Virus record (IMG/VR): IMGVR_UViG_3300010883_007299
Location: 32,474-96,473 of that record
From: a virus
Direction: 5' to 3' (one strand)
DNA length: 64,000 nt
The position numbers and the translations under genes are program-made. The notes under the pieces are model-generated. The model worked only from the letters and a program-made list of their open reading frames with translations. It was not told where the DNA came from and made no database searches. Positions 58,351 through 64,000 of this stretch are shown here, piece by piece; position 1 is the first letter of the stretch, and each line of letters starts with the position of its first letter.

Positions 58351-59604
58351 TCAGAAGCCATCTTCCTCCTCTTGGTCATCGTCACCGACTTCCTCAGAGG
58401 CCGTCAAGGATTCTATGTCAGCGCCTGCATCTATCTTGGTGTACAGGTCAAGGAAAGAATCCTTCGTTTCGGCATCAAACCGATTCACAGTCAGCTCAAT
58501 CGCTTTCATTTTGTTATCAAAGATAGCAAAGGCATTTACGATATGCACAAGGCGACGAGTTGAAATGATTTCATCACAACCACCTTCTTCAAAGGTCTTG
58601 CGGATTACACCAGCCCACTTAACAAGATTGGTACCGAACTCGGAATCTTCCTTGCCATGTTTTGAAAATTCGTTGGTAAGAATTTTCTCTTCCATTTTAG
58701 CAGTCGGGTACTCCTGTTCGATGGTGACAGGAAAACGTTCCAAGAAAGCTTCGTTCAGCACGTTGGTGCCAATGAAGCGTCCATCTTCGGAACCCTGACC
58801 CTTGGTGTTAGCAGTAGCGATAACATTAAAGCCCGGTGTTGGGTGTACCCATTTGCCAATCTTCTTAATGTAGATTGACGAACCTTCCAAGACAGGCTGC
58901 AAGGCCATAATCTTATTTGAGGCAAGGTCGATCTCATCAAGGAGAAGAATCGCACCACGTTTCATGGCGGTCACAACAGGACCATCATGCCAGACGGTCT
59001 CACCATTCAGCAAACGAAAGCCACCAATCAGGTCGTCCTCGTCAGTTTCAATGGTAATGTTGGCACGGACATATTCTCGCTTTTGCCGAGCACACAATTC
59101 CTTGACCATCAAGGTTTTACCGTTACCAGACAATCCGGTGATAAACATCGGATAGAAAATTCTAGACTTAATAACATCCTTCACGGTGTTAAAATTACCG
59201 TAAGGAACATATCCCAAGAATTTTTCAGGCACATAACTGTCTTGGTTATCCATTACACCGATAGCACTGGGTGCCATCATCACGGCGGCAGTCGCCGAAG
59301 CGTTTGAGACAGTTGCCGGCACGTTTGTGACAGTCGCCGAAGCGTTTGAGACAGTTGCCGGCACGTTTGTGACAGTCGCCACGCCATTGTACATACCATT
59401 ATTGTCGGGCAAGTGGTACAAACCTCGCTCAATCTTCAAAGCATCCTTATTGACCAACCAAGTCGGCCAAGAATGTACTCTTGGTTCCACATCCACGATG
59501 GATTGCAGTTCCCGACGAGTAACGGTAACCCGGTCTTTACCGAATTCCTCTCTGACCGCTTTAACCAGAGCAACCCGTTTCTCGTTCATTTTCACATCTG
59601 ACAT
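58351..59604 (-). CDS. cobS: MoxR-type AAA+ ATPase (phage CobS-like)
   Basis: FITGLSGNGKT Walker A, ETDEDDLIGG, LLLDEID Walker B, TANTKG and ISTRRLVHI. Start moved to 59604 (AGGAG SD). Confidence 0.9.
   Translation of the reverse strand: MSDVKMNEKRVALVKAVREEFGKDRVTVTRRELQSIVDVEPRVHSWPTWLVNKDALKIERGLYHLPDNNGMYNGVATVTNVPATVSNASATVTNVPATVSNASATAAVMMAPSAIGVMDNQDSYVPEKFLGYVPYGNFNTVKDVIKSRIFYPMFITGLSGNGKTLMVKELCARQKREYVRANITIETDEDDLIGGFRLLNGETVWHDGPVVTAMKRGAILLLDEIDLASNKIMALQPVLEGSSIYIKKIGKWVHPTPGFNVIATANTKGQGSEDGRFIGTNVLNEAFLERFPVTIEQEYPTAKMEEKILTNEFSKHGKEDSEFGTNLVKWAGVIRKTFEEGGCDEIISTRRLVHIVNAFAIFDNKMKAIELTVNRFDAETKDSFLDLYTKIDAGADIESLTASEEVGDDDQEEEDGF
59289..59380. repeat. In-frame perfect 42-bp tandem repeat (2 copies plus part), built of 21-bp subunits
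   Basis: cagtcgccgaagcgtttgagacagttgccggcacgtttgtga occurs twice and encodes ATVTNVPATVSNAS in the AAA linker. Confidence 0.92.
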
Positions 59605-59643
59605 ATTATAAGTCTCCTGACTTTTTATCACTTTCCAAACAAT

Positions 59644-59672
59644 AGCTTAACATATTCCTAGGTCCCCGTCAA
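59644..59672 (-). promoter_or_regulatory. Sigma70-type early promoter
   Basis: TTGACG-17 nt-TAAGCT with extended -10 TG. Confidence 0.8.
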
Positions 59673-59819
59673 CCACCTATCTAAGCTCTTGATTATATAC
59701 ACGTTTTTTCTGTTTTGGGGCTCCACTTGGCTTTGGAATTTGCCAATTTCGCCTCCAAAAAGTCTATATAAATCAATCACTTACGGTAGGTGGCCGGGGG
59801 TCGTTGTAAACCATTGAAA

Positions 59820-62117
59820 CTAAACAGCAATTATATCGGTCATTCTATTGACCAACATCTTGTTACCAAACTTCGTTTTTTGATTCTTAGCAAATACAGC
59901 TTTCATTTTACCAACACTCATACCTTCCTCTATATTAAGTTCGCCACCATCTTCACGAATTGTTCCAACGGGTACGATATAAAACTCATCATATGAAATT
60001 GTCTTAATTGGAGCAAACCCATGTTTACGGCAATGACTTCTCGCCTCTTTATGAGCAGCCTTGTTAAAGTATCTCTGACCAATCATAAGTTCTAAGGTTC
60101 TCATTGTTAGGCGTCGACCTTGGGCATTGCCGTCTAGGAAGATACCTACAACATTCAGATTATGGCGATCCTTCATCATTTGAATAATAGCACGGGTCTG
60201 AATATTACCCTCGTAAGCATATCCATCGCTCATCGAGGTGAACTCACCAAGCGAGTACTGCTTCTTGGTTATCGGGTCTTCCAGAAATGTCGATTTGCGG
60301 TTATAGTAACCTCTGATTGCACGGCTACGATTATAACCAACTCGTCGGTTCTGGCTAGATTCACTATAAACACTATCCATGGCAGTGTTACATTCACCAT
60401 CGGTTAGAATCATTAAATTGCAATTATCAATTCCATACTTGTTTATAAAATTCGGTAGAATCTTCTGAATCCCTACCAAGGCTTCAACCAACGGAGTTGA
60501 GGACATCTCATATGGGCCAAAGGCACCACGTCCACTACGTTGGCAATAACTAAACTTGAATAAGGTCTTAGCCATCAATGCGGACTGCTTAGCAGACATC
60601 CTGCTGGACATAATATTGAGCAAGCAGACATCGTTATGCAATGTACCGTTACCTTCTTTCAAATCCCAGACATCGGGCATATGCAGCTTCGCCGCTTCAT
60701 CTAAATCTACCTCATCATCACGCATCGCTTTGTGCCATGCGGTGTTGTGGTAACTATTGGTGAAGGCATAGACCTCAAAAGGTATATTGATTTTCTGACA
60801 GAACCACATGAGGTTAATAATCTGTTTCATGGTGTCGTACAGGTGAGGGGTCATAGAAGCAGACCAATCCAGTAACATCACCATTCCGTGATTCTTGCCA
60901 TCCGGCTTAATCGTATTACGGAGGAACAGGTCGTCATTGTATTTGTATGAAAACAATTTATTCACATCTAGCACACCAGTCTTAGCAACGGATTCTTTCC
61001 TGTATTCTGATGCTGCCTTCTTACGGTCAAATTCCTTTGCCATGTAATTAATGATTTTCTGAGACTGCCTACGGAACTTCTGGTAGTCCATATCGACTGC
61101 CGAATGCCTGGCACTGAATGCCGCATTACCTGGTGTGGGGCTGAGAACCTCATCCATAATCTTAGGTAGTTCTCGTAAGACTCGCTTATACGGAACGACC
61201 ATCCCTTTCAGGTTGGGGTCGGGAAGGGTAAAGTACACAAAAGCTTCCCGGCCATCTGAGTTTGGATTGATTAGACTATCCAACATACGGTCGAACTGGC
61301 CTTGAGTTTCTACCAGATCATCAGGTAACTCATCAGCAAAATCATCATCGCCGAACCTGGGATCAAACTCACCATCAGAATCTTCCTCATCGGAATCTCC
61401 GCCAGTTTGCTTAGTAGTATCAGATTCACCGTTGTCATTTTCGTCCTCATTATTGTCATAGCCATTGCCCGGTATAGGAATACCACCATCACTATCATCA
61501 CTATCCATGTTAAAGGAGTCGCCATTATAATCTATATCAGACTCTCCCCACATCTCCTCGATATTCTCCAGAACGTGATCCATCAAGGCTCGAGTGGTTT
61601 TCGTAACATCTCTCCACGATTCGCACGCCTCTACCATTAAAACCAGCTTTTCTTCCGAGGGATTTTTGAAAGGGATCCCAAAGGTTGCGCCGAGTTTACA
61701 ATGGAGATTAATACGATCCACAATATTCATCTGCTCGATATTCTGACCATCTTCAAAAAAGAAATTCTGATCTGCAAGGGTACGATAAGCAGAGATAAAG
61801 TCCTTAATTATCCCAGGGTACTTCCGCTTAATCTTTTTTTCTATACGAGCATCTTCCACGACATTCAGAATGCCCTTATGGAGACCATCCTTATTAATAG
61901 CTTTTGCCCAGTCCTCGAACCCCGTCCATATAGCATGACCAACTTCGTGACCAGTCATCATATCGGTGACCGCCTCGTTGTCCAATGCCCACCGTGGGAT
62001 TGTCAGAATTCGATCCTTGACATCAAAGGATGCTGTCGTAGCATTGACATCCACACGGATTGTAATATTCTCCGTGGAGAGTAACCTCGCCAACATCGTT
62101 TTACTTTGTACCGACAT
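59820..62117 (-). CDS. Metallopeptidase-like plus VWA-domain protein (CobT-like partner of the AAA ATPase)
   Basis: HEVGH and NVVEDARIE, an acidic linker, MIDAS LLDWSASM, STPL and LTDGE. Confidence 0.85.
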   Translation of the reverse strand: MSVQSKTMLARLLSTENITIRVDVNATTASFDVKDRILTIPRWALDNEAVTDMMTGHEVGHAIWTGFEDWAKAINKDGLHKGILNVVEDARIEKKIKRKYPGIIKDFISAYRTLADQNFFFEDGQNIEQMNIVDRINLHCKLGATFGIPFKNPSEEKLVLMVEACESWRDVTKTTRALMDHVLENIEEMWGESDIDYNGDSFNMDSDDSDGGIPIPGNGYDNNEDENDNGESDTTKQTGGDSDEEDSDGEFDPRFGDDDFADELPDDLVETQGQFDRMLDSLINPNSDGREAFVYFTLPDPNLKGMVVPYKRVLRELPKIMDEVLSPTPGNAAFSARHSAVDMDYQKFRRQSQKIINYMAKEFDRKKAASEYRKESVAKTGVLDVNKLFSYKYNDDLFLRNTIKPDGKNHGMVMLLDWSASMTPHLYDTMKQIINLMWFCQKINIPFEVYAFTNSYHNTAWHKAMRDDEVDLDEAAKLHMPDVWDLKEGNGTLHNDVCLLNIMSSRMSAKQSALMAKTLFKFSYCQRSGRGAFGPYEMSSTPLVEALVGIQKILPNFINKYGIDNCNLMILTDGECNTAMDSVYSESSQNRRVGYNRSRAIRGYYNRKSTFLEDPITKKQYSLGEFTSMSDGYAYEGNIQTRAIIQMMKDRHNLNVVGIFLDGNAQGRRLTMRTLELMIGQRYFNKAAHKEARSHCRKHGFAPIKTISYDEFYIVPVGTIREDGGELNIEEGMSVGKMKAVFAKNQKTKFGNKMLVNRMTDIIAV

Positions 62118-62118
62118 T

Positions 62119-62256
62119 TTAGTTTATCACCAACAGAGGGAGATTAGGTTCAGCAACCAACAGATGGACATAGGCCGAAAAATCTTCAAGATCATCAGCT
62201 GTCTGGATATCGTGTTCTATAAGGAATTCAACCAGCAATTCTTCAGTAATGGGCAT
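62119..62256 (-). CDS. Small acidic early protein (45 aa)
   Basis: Not in the ORF track. MPITEELLVEFLIEHDIQTADDLEDF... lies between an early promoter and the VWA gene. Confidence 0.5.
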   Translation of the reverse strand: MPITEELLVEFLIEHDIQTADDLEDFSAYVHLLVAEPNLPLLVIN

Positions 62257-62288
62257 ATATAAATTTCCGTGACTTGATTTGAAACATA

Positions 62289-62318
62289 AGCTTAACATAT
62301 CCAGAGGGGGTATGTCAA
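62289..62318 (-). promoter_or_regulatory. Sigma70-type early promoter
   Basis: TTGACA-18 nt-TAAGCT with extended -10 TG. Confidence 0.78.
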
Positions 62319-62350
62319 ATATCGTTGTAAACCATTGATTTGTATGGACA

Positions 62351-62590
62351 TTATATCCATGGTAAAAAGGGGTCTGGTGCCAAAATGGGCCTGAGAAAAC
62401 TTTTATAAATCAATGACTTAGAGGCAGCCAGCGAGGGTCGTTGTAAACCATTGATTTGTATAGGCCTGACCAATTTGGTCTGAATTTGGTCTGGATCCTG
62501 GGAGGAATTCCCTTGTATTTTTATGGCTAGGCGCATCGCATGGATCAGATCGGCCCGGCCCGGCTGCACCAACTGTTCTTCCGAGTCCAT
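62351..62590 (-). CDS. Possible hypothetical protein
   Basis: Starts 1 nt after the upstream stop, but its 3' half runs through the operator-like repeats. Confidence 0.3.
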   Translation of the reverse strand: MDSEEQLVQPGRADLIHAMRLAIKIQGNSSQDPDQIQTKLVRPIQINGLQRPSLAASKSLIYKSFLRPILAPDPFLPWI

Positions 62591-62591
62591 A

Positions 62592-62729
62592 CTAACCGAG
62601 GCCCAGGGCTGCCATCAAATGGCCACCGCCACCCATGTGATCCGGCCAATTCATATCGGCTACTGCTAACACCGAGGCCCATACAGCTACGAAAATGAGG
62701 TAGCACCACTTATCTGATATTCTGTCCAT
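62592..62729 (-). CDS. Small membrane peptide (45 aa)
   Basis: Not in the ORF track. GGAGGT SD; MDRISDKWCYLIFVAVWASVLAVADMNW... has one hydrophobic segment. Confidence 0.55.
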   Translation of the reverse strand: MDRISDKWCYLIFVAVWASVLAVADMNWPDHMGGGGHLMAALGLG

Positions 62730-63056
62730 TTATCTGGACCTCCGTGATCGGTTAAAGATTCTGGTCTTACCGGGTTCACCGACTTGGCCATTAATGTGAC
62801 GTGGTACACCATAGCGGCCATCCATCGTCCATGTGTCAGTATGGTTACCGAATACATCCATCCGCTCTATACGGAGTGGTGTATCGAAGCCGCTGGTACG
62901 GTCTAACGTATTGAATACGGACACCGCCTGTAATAGGGTGGACTCCTTGAGAAAGGCCATCCTGTTACCACCACATATAGGCTCACGGTAGTATATGTTC
63001 CAACCACCCATGTCCATAGTGATAGGTGTGCCAGTGTTACCATATGATTTAGTCAT
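62730..63056 (-). CDS. Hypothetical early protein
   Basis: Start moved to MTKSYG at 63056 (AGGAG SD). Confidence 0.6.
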   Translation of the reverse strand: MTKSYGNTGTPITMDMGGWNIYYREPICGGNRMAFLKESTLLQAVSVFNTLDRTSGFDTPLRIERMDVFGNHTDTWTMDGRYGVPRHINGQVGEPGKTRIFNRSRRSR

Positions 63057-63098
63057 AAAAGGTCTCCTGTTAAAAGGGTAGAGGGTAAATACCAACGC

Positions 63099-63365
63099 TT
63101 ATTGGTATATGTTTTCATCGTCGTGCCAGTAGTTGACACCTGGCTTTACGGTTACATCCGAATCAGCTGGGCTGTAACCCATGACCTGGATGTGCTGACT
63201 AGGGGGGTTATGCATGGAACGGGTAGCATCATAGACCGCCTGCTCAAGCTCAATCACCAACTGGCTATGCTCTTGACCGGCCACATTCACGTCCTTGATT
63301 ACTATGGAGTCCTGTAGCCAATCTACCTTGTCCTCGTAATCTACTACCAAATCTATGCGTTTCAC
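63099..63365 (-). CDS. Hypothetical early protein
   Basis: 88 aa, GTG start, first ORF after the 63491 promoter and its structured leader. Confidence 0.55.
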   Translation of the reverse strand: MKRIDLVVDYEDKVDWLQDSIVIKDVNVAGQEHSQLVIELEQAVYDATRSMHNPPSQHIQVMGYSPADSDVTVKPGVNYWHDDENIYQ

Positions 63366-63387
63366 TATTAGCGTTCTCTTATGTGGC

Positions 63388-63471
63388 CAGCCCTTTGCAG
63401 TTGGATTCTAGACTATTCCAGTTGCCAGTGGAGGCATTCAGTTGGTTTCTAATAGTCGCCAGTAAGGGCTG
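63388..63471 (-). ncRNA. Candidate structured leader RNA with two-fold internal symmetry
   Basis: Nested stems CAGCCCTT/AAGGGCTG, GACTATT/AATAGTC and TGCC/GGCA with a repeated internal-loop motif. Confidence 0.45.
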
Positions 63472-63490
63472 AACTTGATTTTGAAAACAT

Positions 63491-63520
63491 AGCTTAACAC
63501 GAAAAGCTGGTACCCGTCAA
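63491..63520 (-). promoter_or_regulatory. Sigma70-type early promoter
   Basis: TTGACG-18 nt-TAAGCT with extended -10 TG. Confidence 0.78.
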
Positions 63521-64000
63521 CCACCTATCGTAAACCATTGATTTATATAGGATGGAGCTCGGTGGATATCCATGGTTTCGGTGACGACCCTCTCAAACCC
63601 ACCGTAAACCATTGAATTGATTGGGTTTCTGAAAGCGTCCAATGGGTGGTTGCAAAAAATCGTTGCCTATCGTATAAGGAACACAGGACGCCACGCTGTT
63701 TTAAAGTTTATTACTACACAATTCGACACGATAATACACAATAAAACACAATTAAATCAAAGGTTTAGAATGGAGTCTACGCAGGTCAGATATTACTCTT
63801 TCCGCCTGGTAATCCACTAGTGATACTGGATGGATCCATAGGTCATAAGCCCCCATTAATGCGGTACAGAATAGAGTACCTACGATAATCATACCAAATA
63901 CAATACGAAACAATTTGAATTTGTCTATCATTTGGATACCTCGTCTAGGGATTTATTTATACAGATAGTATTGTAGATACTATAGTATTGGCGCACCCGA

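Larger units (their letters stand above)
59682..63619. repeat. Dispersed operator-like motif TAA(A/G)(C/T)CATTGATTT(A/G)TA near early promoters
   Basis: Copies at ~59682, 59767 (inverted), 59806, 62327, 62404 (inverted), 62443, 63530 and 63604. Confidence 0.75.

Noticed and set aside
58176-58385. 69-aa minus-strand ORF between cobS-like and ParB-like genes
   Set aside because: It overlaps both neighbours and spans short hairpins (for example CCCCGAAGGG), so it is more likely intergenic sequence.
58351-62117. CobS/CobT-like pair as a cobalamin chelatase linked to the hem genes
   Set aside because: This MoxR-AAA/VWA pair is widespread in T4-like phages, there is no cobN, and it lies about 50 kb from the hem cassette in the early region.
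59682-63619. CRISPR array from the repeated motif
   Set aside because: Copies are short, degenerate, irregularly spaced and in both orientations, and there are no cas genes.
63620-64000. Replication origin or genome terminus in the gene-poor right end
   Set aside because: No iterons or terminal repeats are visible, and the context is cut off by the window edge.

Overview
This window is a 64-kb segment of a large T4-like (Kyanoviridae/pelagimyophage-like) marine myovirus genome, coded almost entirely on the minus strand. Read in transcription direction (right to left) it contains five blocks. (1) An early region (~56.4-64 kb) with four sigma70-type promoters, a repeated operator-like motif, a VWA/metallopeptidase plus MoxR-AAA (CobT/CobS-like) pair and a ParB-like protein. 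(2) A catalytic-core-only class IIb aminoacyl-tRNA-synthetase paralog followed 6 nt later by a non-canonical long-variable-arm tRNA with a GUU (Asn) anticodon. (3) The baseplate module (gp5, PAAR, gp25, gp6, gp7, gp8, VrlC-like) and small virion proteins. (4) An AT-rich ~9.6-kb modification island (four glycosyltransferase-like genes, methyltransferase, sulfotransferase, two radical SAM enzymes, GNAT, PP-loop ATPase, SET domain). (5) Tail-fibre genes, including three RCC1 beta-propeller paralogs, with a tetrapyrrole cassette hemO-pcyX-hemE-hemC plus a 2OG-Fe(II) oxygenase embedded among them. The two best candidates for undescribed systems are the phage porphyrin-synthesis plus bilin cassette and the aaRS-core/atypical tRNA pair. 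All calls come from motif recognition by eye; no database searches were run.
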